From the NCBI GenBank assembly GCA_043818175.1, contig JBDRGA010000016.1:14003-78002 (forward strand): 64,000 nt of DNA, given 5' to 3'. This DNA is from Candidatus Woesearchaeota archaeon. GTDB lineage: Archaea > Nanobdellota > Nanobdellia > Woesearchaeales > JBDRGA01. Positions 27,205 through 36,659 of this stretch are shown in pieces (within the stretch, counting starts at the first letter, position 1; each line of letters starts with the position of its first letter). The notes below the pieces were generated by a model that saw only the letters and a program-made list of their open reading frames with translations, was not told the DNA's origin and did no database searches. The position numbers were made by a program, and so were the translations under genes.

Positions 27205-30200
27205 ACGCAAGCAAACAGATGCAGCAGTACTTCAAGGAACTAGAGAAACAGTGCTTCAAAGAGCTTGCTGTTGCCGAGTCCTGTAGGAAAAAGTCATACG
27301 ACCCGACAAAAGAAGTGGAGACAGCTCTCGCGAAGAACATGGCAGAGCGAGTAATAGGAATAATTGCAGTTGTAGCACCCCAGATACGAGGAAAAGGAGC
27401 AGAAAAAAGAATACAGGAACTCGAGAAAGAGTATGGTGTTCTCGACTGGAGAGTTGCGCTGAAAATATCTGAAGAGATTGCAAGGCAGAAATTCTGCACG
27501 TTCAAAGATGAACGGGAAGCAATGGAAGTGGGTATTCGTGCAGGATTCACATATGTTACAGTTGGTGTTGTCAGCAGTCCCTTAGAAGGATTCACAAGCC
27601 TGGAACTGAAAGACAGAATGGATGGAACGGGGAAGTATTTCTGTCTGAATTATTCTGGCCCAATTAGGAATGCAGGTGGAACAGCGGCGGCGGTAAGTGT
27701 CATAATAGGAGATTATGTTCGAGTAAAGTTCGGCTATAAAGAATACGATCCAACAGAAAAAGAAGTAAAGCGTTGTTTTGCAGAAATGATGGATTATCAT
27801 GAATGGATTGCGAATTTGCAATATGTTCCTTCGGAAGCAGAAACGGAATTCTTGTTGCAGAGAATACCTGTAGAAGTAAGTGGCGACCCAAGCGAGAAGT
27901 ACGAAGTAAGCAACATAAATTTGAAAGACCTTCCAAGAGTGCAACATAATAGATTAAGGTCGGGCTACTGTCTGATTCATTCAAGCTGCATACCTTTGAA
28001 AGCACCAAAGCTGTGGAAGCAATTGTCTGTTTGGGGAGAAGAATTCTCGATGGGACACTGGAAGTTCCTTGAAGAATTTCTCGTGCTGCAGAAGAAGATG
28101 AAAGCACAGGGAAAGAAAGCAGCAAGTGACAAGCTTGCTCCGGATTATACATTCATTCATGATCTTGTTGCTGGCAGGCCGGTATTTGGACATCCATCAA
28201 GACAAGGAGGGTTCAGGTTAAGATATGGTAGGAGCAGAACATCAGGATTCAGCGGTCAAAGTTTGCATCCAGCAACAATGGTAGTGATGAACGAATACAT
28301 TGCTACTGCAACGCAACTCAAAGTCGAAAGACCCGGAAAAGCAGCAGCGTTTACGGTTTGTGATACAATAGAAGGTCCCGTAGTAAAGTTAGAGTCGGGA
28401 GACGTGGTGTGTTTGAACAACGAAAGGGAAGCACGAAAAATACGACCACAGATAAAAGAGATAATATACGCAGGAGACATCCTGATAAACTGGGGTGATT
28501 TCCTCAACAGAGCTCACGTCTTGGCGCCGGCAGGGTATTGTGAGGAATACTGGATACAGGAAGTTGAGGAGAGAATAGTGCACTTGTTCGGTACTCTGGA
28601 CTTCGAAAAGGCAGGATACTTACTGGATGAAGAAGAAGGCAAACTTCGAAGTATGTTCTCAAATCCTTTAGGGACGAATGTAAATGCGAGCACTTCAATT
28701 AAAATGAGCACGCGGCTGGGCTGTCCATTACATCCAGCACATACATTCAAATGGCGCGCATTGTCTGCGAAGCAACTCAAGGAACTTGTCGTGTGGCTAA
28801 AGAAAGGAAAAACAATAGAGGAAAGTGAGTATAAACTCATTCTTCCATTGGATTCAGCGAAGAGATATCTCGAGCTAATTGCATGTCCCCACAAACACAT
28901 CCAGAATGAACATTCAGTCATACAGCACGAAGCATTGCTGGCGCTGAAGACACAACTGGACTTCGAAAACATAAAAGAAGAAGACCTGTCTGAAGAGGGG
29001 AACGCGCTTAATGTTATAATATCACTCGCGGCCTATCCAATCAGAGATAAATTGGGCATTTCAATAGGTGCGAGGATGGGTCGTCCCGAAAAAGCAAAGA
29101 TGAGGAAGCTCACTGGAAGCCCGCATGCACTTTTCCCAATAGGCGAACAAGGGGGAAAACTGAGAAGCTTCCAGGAAGCACTGGTGGCTGGCAATGTTGA
29201 AGCAGATTTTGGAGTTTATTGGTGTGGCAAGTGTAAGAAAGAACAAGTATTGCCAATATGTATAACTTGTGAAAAGCCAACAGAGAAGAAGAAATTCTGC
29301 ACGACCTGTGGTGTAGTTGATGAATGTCCTCACGAACCAAAACCATTCAAGCGCAGCACAATACCAATACGAGAATACTTCAATTATGCACTAAAAAAAG
29401 GAGGCACAAGCATATATCCAGACCTGATTAAAGGGGTGAGGGGCACAGTTGGCACTGAACACATACCCGAGCACCCGTTGAAGGGAATATTGCGTGCAAA
29501 ACACAGCATCTGTGTAAACAAAGACGGCACAACCCGGTATGACATTAGTGAGGTCACAATGACCCACTTCAAACCAAAAGAAGTTGGCACATCTGTGGAA
29601 AAATTAAGGGAATTGGGATATACTAGTGACGTTTATGGTAAACCATTGGACCACGAAGACCAGGTTCTCGAATTAAAAGTGCAGGATGTCGCGCTTCCCA
29701 GCTGTCCAGATAGCCCCGACCTTCCGTGTGATGAAATACTATATAGAACTGCGAACTTCATGGACGAGCTGCTCGTGAGTCTTTACGGTCAAAAACCATT
29801 CTACAATCTCCAGAACAGAGCAGACTTGGTGGGTCATCTAGTGATTGGGTTGGCTCCGCATACTTCTGCAGGCATCCTTGGGAGAATCGTTGGCTTCACA
29901 AAAACACAAGGATTCTTCGCCCACCCTCTCTATCATGCAGCAATGCGCAGAGACTGCGATGGTGATGAGAGTTGTGTTGTGTTGCTTCTTGATTGTCTTG
30001 TCAACTTCTCCAAATCTTTCTTACCCAGCAGCAGAGGAAGCACGATGGACGCACCAATAGTACTGACATACATCTTAACACCATCAGAAGTGGACGATAT
30101 GGCATTTGATGTTGATAGGGTTTGGAAGTACCCTCTGAAACTGTACAGGGCTGCAGAACAATACAAAATGCCCTGGGACGTCCCACTTGATAAAATAGGG

Positions 30201-30704
30201 AACCACCTCGGAAAGCCAGGCGAGTACGAAGGCATGGGTTTTACGCACGACACAGACAACATCAATGCAGGTGTTCTTTGCAGCGCGTACAAGCTCTTGC
30301 CAAGCATGCAGGAGAAACTCATGAGTCAAATGGACCTAGCCGAGAAACTCAGAGCAACAACAGCTTCAGAAGTGGCAGCTTTGGTGATTGAGAAACACTT
30401 CATTAGAGATATTAAGGGAAATCTTCGTAAGTTTTCGCAGCAGGAATTCAGGTGTGTTAACTGTAATGCTAAATACAGACGACCACCCTTGAAGGGAAAT
30501 TGCACTACCTGTAATGGAAAGATAATATTCACAATAGCAGAAGGAAGTGTCATTAAGTACTTGGGCCCTTCAATCAGTCTAGCAAAGAAATATGGAGTTA
30601 GCACTTATCTTCAACAGACATTGGAACTTACACAGCAGCGTATTGACGAGCTTTTTGGCAAGGACAAGGAGAAGCAGTTAGGACTTGGTGCGTGGTTTGG
30701 GTAA
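27201..30704 (+). CDS. polC: DNA polymerase D large subunit (DP2), intein-free
   Basis: 1167 aa collinear with archaeal DP2. Zn-finger cysteine clusters (CGKCKKE..CITC, CTTCG, CVNCNAKY..CTTCNG). Its start overlaps the DP1 stop by 4 nt. Confidence 0.85.
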   Translation: MNASKQMQQYFKELEKQCFKELAVAESCRKKSYDPTKEVETALAKNMAERVIGIIAVVAPQIRGKGAEKRIQELEKEYGVLDWRVALKISEEIARQKFCTFKDEREAMEVGIRAGFTYVTVGVVSSPLEGFTSLELKDRMDGTGKYFCLNYSGPIRNAGGTAAAVSVIIGDYVRVKFGYKEYDPTEKEVKRCFAEMMDYHEWIANLQYVPSEAETEFLLQRIPVEVSGDPSEKYEVSNINLKDLPRVQHNRLRSGYCLIHSSCIPLKAPKLWKQLSVWGEEFSMGHWKFLEEFLVLQKKMKAQGKKAASDKLAPDYTFIHDLVAGRPVFGHPSRQGGFRLRYGRSRTSGFSGQSLHPATMVVMNEYIATATQLKVERPGKAAAFTVCDTIEGPVVKLESGDVVCLNNEREARKIRPQIKEIIYAGDILINWGDFLNRAHVLAPAGYCEEYWIQEVEERIVHLFGTLDFEKAGYLLDEEEGKLRSMFSNPLGTNVNASTSIKMSTRLGCPLHPAHTFKWRALSAKQLKELVVWLKKGKTIEESEYKLILPLDSAKRYLELIACPHKHIQNEHSVIQHEALLALKTQLDFENIKEEDLSEEGNALNVIISLAAYPIRDKLGISIGARMGRPEKAKMRKLTGSPHALFPIGEQGGKLRSFQEALVAGNVEADFGVYWCGKCKKEQVLPICITCEKPTEKKKFCTTCGVVDECPHEPKPFKRSTIPIREYFNYALKKGGTSIYPDLIKGVRGTVGTEHIPEHPLKGILRAKHSICVNKDGTTRYDISEVTMTHFKPKEVGTSVEKLRELGYTSDVYGKPLDHEDQVLELKVQDVALPSCPDSPDLPCDEILYRTANFMDELLVSLYGQKPFYNLQNRADLVGHLVIGLAPHTSAGILGRIVGFTKTQGFFAHPLYHAAMRRDCDGDESCVVLLLDCLVNFSKSFLPSSRGSTMDAPIVLTYILTPSEVDDMAFDVDRVWKYPLKLYRAAEQYKMPWDVPLDKIGNHLGKPGEYEGMGFTHDTDNINAGVLCSAYKLLPSMQEKLMSQMDLAEKLRATTASEVAALVIEKHFIRDIKGNLRKFSQQEFRCVNCNAKYRRPPLKGNCTTCNGKIIFTIAEGSVIKYLGPSISLAKKYGVSTYLQQTLELTQQRIDELFGKDKEKQLGLGAWFG

Positions 30705-31127
30705 TTGTGTATAGTAATCGGCAATCATTCTTTCGAGTACTGTAAAAAGATCCGGGTCTGTTGTTTTGTGTATTGTTGTGTATTCTGCAATGTCTTTCTT
30801 TCCTATGGCGTATGCTTCCTTTCCATTGTGCATTACAGGACTCAGATCGAGAAAGGGCATGCCCCTGCCTGTTAGCTTTGCATCAGGAATTCCCGAATTT
30901 CTGTCTATTCTGAAAAGCATTTTTACAGGAAGAAATGGCTTTCTTCCATTTTCAACGTCGACGAGAATTTTGTATTTTGGCACGGAGAATGCATAGTAAA
31001 TTATTTGCTGTTCTTTGTCATAAATAACAATTCGTTCTTCTATTTCGCCGAGTCTTGAAGCAATATCTTCGAGGTATTCTCTTCCGTTAAATGAGTTGGC
31101 AATGTCAGCAAAAGGAACCCTTTTCAT
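30678..31127 (-). CDS. Hypothetical protein
   Basis: 149-aa ORF convergent with DP2; no recognisable motifs. Confidence 0.35.
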   Translation of the reverse strand: MKRVPFADIANSFNGREYLEDIASRLGEIEERIVIYDKEQQIIYYAFSVPKYKILVDVENGRKPFLPVKMLFRIDRNSGIPDAKLTGRGMPFLDLSPVMHNGKEAYAIGKKDIAEYTTIHKTTDPDLFTVLERMIADYYTQLPKPRTKS

Positions 31128-31221
31128 TCAACAAGGTAATCTTTCTGCGCTATTATGTCTGTCCCCTTTGTTTTCGAAAACCTTCCAAAGCATTAAAAAG
31201 AAAGAGCGTGATAATTTCGAC

Positions 31222-31875
31222 ATGCATCGCTGGCACGGAATCGCGTTGTTTTTCATGACTGTAGTTATTCTGGGGTTTGTGTTCTATTCGATGGGTGCAG
31301 GCCTTGACGCATTCCAAATAGTGCAGGGCACGCACAGCGAGAAGACTGTGTCTGTTATTGTGTTGTTCTTATTACAGACCGCTGAAAGCGTTGTTCCGGT
31401 GTTTCCTGGGGTTGTTCTTGCTGCCGTTGCAGGTTACACATTTGGCACGTTTGTGGGTGCAATAATTAGTTTGTTGGCCAATCTCGCTGGTGCGTCCATC
31501 GTTTATTATCTCGCACGAAAAATACCAATTGATATTATAATAGGAAAGCATGAAATGTTAAGGTACGAAAGTTATGTTAAAAGGCATGGCACTCTGGCAG
31601 TGCTCGTTGGAAGAATGGCAATAGTTTTTCCCAATGCGGCAATAAGTGCAGGCGCCAGTTTGGGAAGAATGCATTACTTGAGGTTTATTATCTTAAGTGC
31701 AATTGGTTCTCTTCCTGTGCTTGTTTTGTTCAGCTATTTTGGAAGTGCGTTGACAGGCCTGCATAATTTGCCTGTGATGCCTGCATTCCTTGCTGTACTG
31801 GTTGTTCTTGGTGCGTTTTATGCTCGAAGAATTATCCACGCACAGAGTATTTTGCGCCGCAGGCCTGGCATCTGA
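31222..31875 (+). CDS. DedA / SNARE-associated (VTT domain) membrane protein
   Basis: Multi-TM protein with a VTT-like core (...ESVVPVFPGVVLAAVAGYTFG...). The internal Met at 31222 gives the typical ~217 aa. Confidence 0.65.
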   Translation: MHRWHGIALFFMTVVILGFVFYSMGAGLDAFQIVQGTHSEKTVSVIVLFLLQTAESVVPVFPGVVLAAVAGYTFGTFVGAIISLLANLAGASIVYYLARKIPIDIIIGKHEMLRYESYVKRHGTLAVLVGRMAIVFPNAAISAGASLGRMHYLRFIILSAIGSLPVLVLFSYFGSALTGLHNLPVMPAFLAVLVVLGAFYARRIIHAQSILRRRPGI

Positions 31876-32239
31876 CGAACAAGAAACCCTGTTCCTTTAG
31901 AAGTTTTGAATCTGGTTTTCCACATTCCTTACAGAAGACGTACAAATCTGCATATTTCTGGATTTTCTCGTTGATTTTAGAAGCGGGTATTTTTGCGTTG
32001 AAAATCGCTGCCTGCTTTCTCATTTCACCTTTAGTTGCCAGCTCTTTCAGAATGAATTTCATGAAATGCTGTGCTGGCCTGTTCAACGTTTGAGTTATCT
32101 GCTCAAAATTCGTGATTAAGGTCTTATTACCCTCAATCTGGCCTCTAACCTTCGGAATCTCAAATCTTTCTCCCGAGTCCTTCTGCTCGGGAAGTTCCTT
32201 CTTTCCCTTGTCCAATAACTCTTCGTAGGTTGGGGTCAT
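31832..32239 (-). CDS. eif2b: Translation initiation factor 2 beta subunit (aIF2-beta)
   Basis: 135 aa with a C-terminal zinc ribbon (CKECGKPDSKLL...LFVRCQACGA) and an eIF2-beta core. Confidence 0.85.
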   Translation of the reverse strand: MTPTYEELLDKGKKELPEQKDSGERFEIPKVRGQIEGNKTLITNFEQITQTLNRPAQHFMKFILKELATKGEMRKQAAIFNAKIPASKINEKIQKYADLYVFCKECGKPDSKLLKEQGFLFVRCQACGAKYSVRG

Positions 32240-32278
32240 TGTATTCGAGACTGTCGGGCGTTTTAAAACCTTTGTGAT

Positions 32279-33034
32279 TCAGGTTCGCTTATTCCTGATG
32301 CTTCCTTTCAGTTCTTTGAAAGCAGAATATTCCTTGTTGACTGCAAACTCGGCAAGTGTGTCAAGGCAACGCACGTCGCCACTATAATATAGTTTGTCTG
32401 TAGCGTCGAGTGCAGCAAGATAGATATCTCGTTCAGTCCTATCAACTTTAAATGGGAGGAGACCTCCACCTGCCAAAATGGCATTTTGTAGTATCCTTGC
32501 TGTTCTACCATTTCCGTCTTCTAGAGGGTGAATTCGTGTGATGCCGTAGTGGCTAAGCAAAGCTCTTTCGAATCTCGAATCTCGATTGCGAACATCTGTG
32601 CTAAGTGTAAGAAGCTCATCTAGCAATCTGTGTGGTGCGGGTGGTTGGTGAGTCGCTCCACTTATCTTAACGTCTCCTTCCCTAAATCCGTTTCCAGGAT
32701 GGAACTGTTGATTTGGGGCTATGTAGAGACCAATCTGCATTATTTCTCTCGTGCCGTATGTGCCCTCAGGAGCAACCTTTTCCAAGGCATATGCCCAGGC
32801 ACGCATGTGTCTTGCAACTGCTTCTTTCCTTACTGTTTGAGAGACGTGCTGAGGTCTGAAGAACGGGTAGTGTGTTCGTAATTCCAAATCCACACTGTGT
32901 CTTCCCGCAGCATCTGCTATGTGTCTTCTTATTGTTTTTTCTCGCTTCAAATCTGCTTCGTGCTTGTTTGCATCGACGAAACTAAGTATTTCTTGCTCTA
33001 GTTCCACAACAGATGAAGGCAGTTTTATTTTCAT
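32279..33034 (-). CDS. Fic/Doc family protein (putative AMPylase)
   Basis: The canonical Fic motif HPLEDGNGRTARIL (HxFx[DE]GNGRxxR) is present. Confidence 0.8.
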   Translation of the reverse strand: MKIKLPSSVVELEQEILSFVDANKHEADLKREKTIRRHIADAAGRHSVDLELRTHYPFFRPQHVSQTVRKEAVARHMRAWAYALEKVAPEGTYGTREIMQIGLYIAPNQQFHPGNGFREGDVKISGATHQPPAPHRLLDELLTLSTDVRNRDSRFERALLSHYGITRIHPLEDGNGRTARILQNAILAGGGLLPFKVDRTERDIYLAALDATDKLYYSGDVRCLDTLAEFAVNKEYSAFKELKGSIRNKRT

Positions 33035-33121
33035 GTTACTACTGTGGCGTGGTGTTTGTAGTTTATATAGTTTTCGGTTGTTTGGGGTTCTCGAGGTAAA
33101 CTTTATAAATACTCTTTAAGC

Positions 33122-33982
33122 ATGGGTCGCATGGTCCTCGAGTCCCTAACCTCGCCTTTCTCTGCAGAGAAAACGCCGTGGAAGATGTTCTTCTTCGGGA
33201 TTGTGTATGCTTCTGCTGGTGCGTTCCTGGCGATGTGGATATTCAAGGAGTACAGTTCCTTGATTATGGTATTCTTAACCACGATGGCCGCAATTCCACT
33301 GATTTACAATACAATCAGAATGGAAGAGAAGAAAGATCTCGAAGAACTCTCGGAAAGAAGGCTCTTAAAAGAGCACGGTAAAGCATTGAGTTATTTCATG
33401 TGGTTGTTCTTTGGAATGGTCGTTGCTGGCGTTTTCTGGTTTGCAGTCTTGCCTTCAAACACAGTAAGCACACTCTTCGAATCACAACTCGCAACAATTC
33501 AAACATTAGCACCAACAACAGGAAACGCAATACAAGCTTCTGCAAGCACTTTCAACTTCATATTCCTCAACAACGTACAAGTCTTAATCTTCTGTATTTT
33601 GTTTAGTTTCTTGTATGGTGCGGGCGCGATATTCATTCTCACTTGGAACGCTTCAGTAATTGCTGCAGCAATAGGAAACTTCATCAGAGGTGGACTTTCA
33701 GTAGCAAGCACCGCCATCGGCGCGGACAAGATGGGGCAGTACTTCAGCACGGTTGCCATAGGTTTGTTGAAATATACAATTCACGGCATTCCGGAGATTC
33801 TGGCATACTTCACTGCTGGTTTGGCTGGAGGAATAATATCTGTTGCAGTAATACGGCATGATTTTGGGACGAGAAGCTTCGAACACATATTGCTTGATTC
33901 GGCGGACTTGATACTGTTATCTTTGCTCTTGCTCTTTGTTGCGGCGATACTTGAAGTGTTTGTAACGCCGATAGTGTTTTGA
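33122..33982 (+). CDS. DUF95 / SpoIIM-like membrane protein
   Basis: 286 aa polytopic; IHGIPEILAYFTAGLAGG is a motif typical of the stage II sporulation protein M family. Confidence 0.6.
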   Translation: MGRMVLESLTSPFSAEKTPWKMFFFGIVYASAGAFLAMWIFKEYSSLIMVFLTTMAAIPLIYNTIRMEEKKDLEELSERRLLKEHGKALSYFMWLFFGMVVAGVFWFAVLPSNTVSTLFESQLATIQTLAPTTGNAIQASASTFNFIFLNNVQVLIFCILFSFLYGAGAIFILTWNASVIAAAIGNFIRGGLSVASTAIGADKMGQYFSTVAIGLLKYTIHGIPEILAYFTAGLAGGIISVAVIRHDFGTRSFEHILLDSADLILLSLLLLFVAAILEVFVTPIVF

Positions 33983-34014
33983 ACAAAGAAGTACTTGAAG
34001 TGTTCAGTAATAGT

Positions 34015-34533
34015 TCAGTCAATATCAACGAATGAAGGTTCGAGAGTAATCATCTTGACAAGATCTTTAAGAGTTCTTCCTCTTGATGTTGTATGCCTGA
34101 TTGCAGGCGAGAAGGAAGAGCAACGTCCAAGGTATCCTTCGTCTATGTTGTGCGCGTCATCACAAAACAGTATGACGTCAGCAACGTTTCTTGCCGGCTC
34201 CATGTTGTAATGTTCGCAGGCGGGGCACGTTCCGTTAGTAGTTGAACCCCACGATTCCAACGCTTTGTTCAACAGCGAGAAATCAAACTCGACATCTCCA
34301 AGAAGGCCTAGGTTCGTGTTGTTCACTCGTTCCAGACGCACCACAGGAACACTGGACGTTACGACCTCGAGTAGGTCCTCAAAAGATTGCAGGGGCATTC
34401 CTCTTGAATTCCATATGAGGTGCATTCTCGAGCAGGAATCATACACAATTCTAAGGTCCCTGAGAACGGTCATCACGTCCTCCTCTTTGGAGAACCGGTC
34501 GTTGCAGACGTACTGTATTCGGTAGTTCGCCAT
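34015..34533 (-). CDS. Hypothetical protein with a C-terminal Cys cluster
   Basis: 172 aa from the internal Met (MANYRIQYVCNDRF...); contains CPACEH...C. No confident family. Confidence 0.35.
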   Translation of the reverse strand: MANYRIQYVCNDRFSKEEDVMTVLRDLRIVYDSCSRMHLIWNSRGMPLQSFEDLLEVVTSSVPVVRLERVNNTNLGLLGDVEFDFSLLNKALESWGSTTNGTCPACEHYNMEPARNVADVILFCDDAHNIDEGYLGRCSSFSPAIRHTTSRGRTLKDLVKMITLEPSFVDID

Positions 34534-34643
34534 GCTTTGAACCTCCCTACTCGACTTAGTGTTGTAGTAAATAAGATGGTTTGCTGTATATTTATTGCAA
34601 CGCTGTCGCAAAATATATGAACTTGAAAGCAAATTGAAGATTA

Positions 34644-35468
34644 ATGACTCTTAACGAAGAATCAAGAAAGAAGCTTTTGGAATTCGTAAGGCCAGAACCG
34701 AGAACAATGCAGGACGTGGCAAATGTTCTTGGCGTTTCATGGCATACAGCAGAATCGTATGTTTCAACTCTAGGAAAACAGACCGGTCTTGTCGACGTTA
34801 AAGTGTTCAGACCAGGAACCAAAGCAGCCTTGAAAATTGTGTATTGGAACTACTCTGAGCGAAATTCTCCCGATGAAGTGCGAGAAGGGCTCGTTAACCA
34901 ACTCATGCTGGGAAGAAAGAAAGGTGATTTTGATGTTTTGGATATGTTTGAGTTGGTTCCTGATGAGAGAAAAAGAGCAGTAACAGAACCACCAAAAGTC
35001 AAGACGGCAAGAATAAGGAATTTTATCGAGGCAACGAAATCTGAACTATCCTCTTTCTCAGGGAACATCTCCTGGATGCGTCTTCCCGACGTAGCCGAAG
35101 CTCTTGAAAAGGCATTAAAACGAGGGGTTCACGTAACGATTCTTTCGCGAATTGATTACGGGACCATCGAGAATTATCGTGCCTTGAATGAACTCATGAA
35201 GAGATACCCTGGTAGTATTGAGATAAGGCACGCATTTCAGCCATTGAGGGGTTTCATCCGTGACGGAGAGCTCGTTCAGTTGAAGGATGAGAAAGAATAT
35301 GGAGAATATAGGTCTGGAGAGATGCGCGCAGATAGCATTAGGATAGTGTATGAGATAACAGACAAGGAATGGGTTGATTGGATTCAACACGTGTTCTGGA
35401 CGATGTTCAGACGCGCTTCACAGGCAGAAAGCAGGATACGAGAGCTGAACAGATTACAGACTGTTTAA
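34644..35468 (+). CDS. Putative winged-helix transcriptional regulator (TrmB-like N-terminus, uncharacterised C-terminal domain)
   Basis: N-terminal wHTH-like segment (RTMQDVANVLGVSWHTAESYVSTLGKQTGLVDVKV) plus a ~190-aa C-terminal domain. Confidence 0.45.
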   Translation: MTLNEESRKKLLEFVRPEPRTMQDVANVLGVSWHTAESYVSTLGKQTGLVDVKVFRPGTKAALKIVYWNYSERNSPDEVREGLVNQLMLGRKKGDFDVLDMFELVPDERKRAVTEPPKVKTARIRNFIEATKSELSSFSGNISWMRLPDVAEALEKALKRGVHVTILSRIDYGTIENYRALNELMKRYPGSIEIRHAFQPLRGFIRDGELVQLKDEKEYGEYRSGEMRADSIRIVYEITDKEWVDWIQHVFWTMFRRASQAESRIRELNRLQTV

Positions 35469-36059
35469 TTATTCAAGAACCCTAACCTTTCCCTTGACTT
35501 CATAAACATCGCCTTCCTTCATCAGCGTGTCCAGTATTTCATCGAAGTTCGGAAGATTGACTTCGTTTTCCAATGCAACAATATCAACACCTTGGCCTTT
35601 GTCTAACGTTCTTATTGCTTCAACAACAAGATTATTAGGACTTTTTATGAGCTCGGCTTCCTGAACGGGCGCTATGTGTTGCTTTACTGTCTGCGTCGGA
35701 CGTCTGTTTTCCAGTTCTTTTCGTCTGATAAGAACCCAAGTCATATCTTGCTTTTTTATAATTTCAGAAGCGAGGAAAATTCCTCCGGAGCTCCTTGGTC
35801 TGCCTATAACAAGCACGATGTCTCCGACATCTTCGTTTATCGTGCCATCAAAATTCCTGACTGTTATTTGGCCGGAGCCGTCGTCAACGAGAACTTCGGA
35901 AGTGGAATCTTTCTGCACGACAACCCCGATTAAGTTAACACGAGAAACATCACCAAAGCGCGTCTGCAAGACACTTGGCTCCATTCCTTCCCTCTGCACG
36001 TAACTCCCTTCAACAATATCCTTCGCGGAAAGCTTGACTGCGGTTAGGTGGGGTCGCAT
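35469..36059 (-). CDS. OB-fold plus C-terminal winged-helix protein, RPA32/Rpa2-like
   Basis: Central OB-fold pattern (VNLIGVVVQKDSTSEVLVDDGSGQITVRNFDG) and a C-terminal wH-like segment; lies downstream of MCM on the same strand. Assignment is tentative. Confidence 0.35.
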   Translation of the reverse strand: MRPHLTAVKLSAKDIVEGSYVQREGMEPSVLQTRFGDVSRVNLIGVVVQKDSTSEVLVDDGSGQITVRNFDGTINEDVGDIVLVIGRPRSSGGIFLASEIIKKQDMTWVLIRRKELENRRPTQTVKQHIAPVQEAELIKSPNNLVVEAIRTLDKGQGVDIVALENEVNLPNFDEILDTLMKEGDVYEVKGKVRVLE

Positions 36060-36167
36060 GGCGTTGGTAAATTTGAAGAAGTATTAGAGCGTTTCGCAAA
36101 TGTATGATGAGAGCACAATTGCCTTTCCATTAATGTGTATGTAATTTAAGCAGTGAACTCAGACAGT

Positions 36168-36569
36168 TCAAGGGTACAAGTCATATCTGCAGGTGTAGAT
36201 GTTGCCGTTTGTGTCGAGTGCTTCATCTAGACGGAAAAGCATCCAAACACCGCTTATTTCTGTTCCGTCAGTCAATACGATATCTAGGTCTCTTCTGAAT
36301 AAGTTTCTATCCAACGCTTCGGAATATGTCATATCTTCTGGAAGCTTATCTTCGACCCACATCGTACCGTTCTGGTTGTTGTACGTGTTGCCTTCCTTGA
36401 GTATTGTGAATGCTTGTTCGTCATTTTGGACGGGCGCACCAACGGCGCCGGACAATTCATAGATACCAGGGCACGATATATATTGCGCACTCGAAGAAGA
36501 TTTACATCCTGTCAGCGCACCAGTCAACAAAATGAGAATGCATAAAGCGAGAATGCTTTTCGATGTCAT
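36168..36569 (-). CDS. Small secreted lipoprotein
   Basis: Signal peptide with lipobox LTGALTGC; 133 aa. Confidence 0.5.
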   Translation of the reverse strand: MTSKSILALCILILLTGALTGCKSSSSAQYISCPGIYELSGAVGAPVQNDEQAFTILKEGNTYNNQNGTMWVEDKLPEDMTYSEALDRNLFRRDLDIVLTDGTEISGVWMLFRLDEALDTNGNIYTCRYDLYP

Positions 36570-36659
36570 AAACGCATAAAACGTTTTTCAGTTTATAAAT
36601 CTCACGAAAAATGCCATCCTACTTTGTCCTTCTTTCAAAGGCAGCAACACATTTCTAAC

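Noticed and set aside
27256-30604. Many minus-strand ORFs of up to 152 aa inside the DP2 gene
   Set aside because: The entire interval is covered by a collinear 1167-aa PolD large-subunit frame; the antisense ORFs are artefacts.
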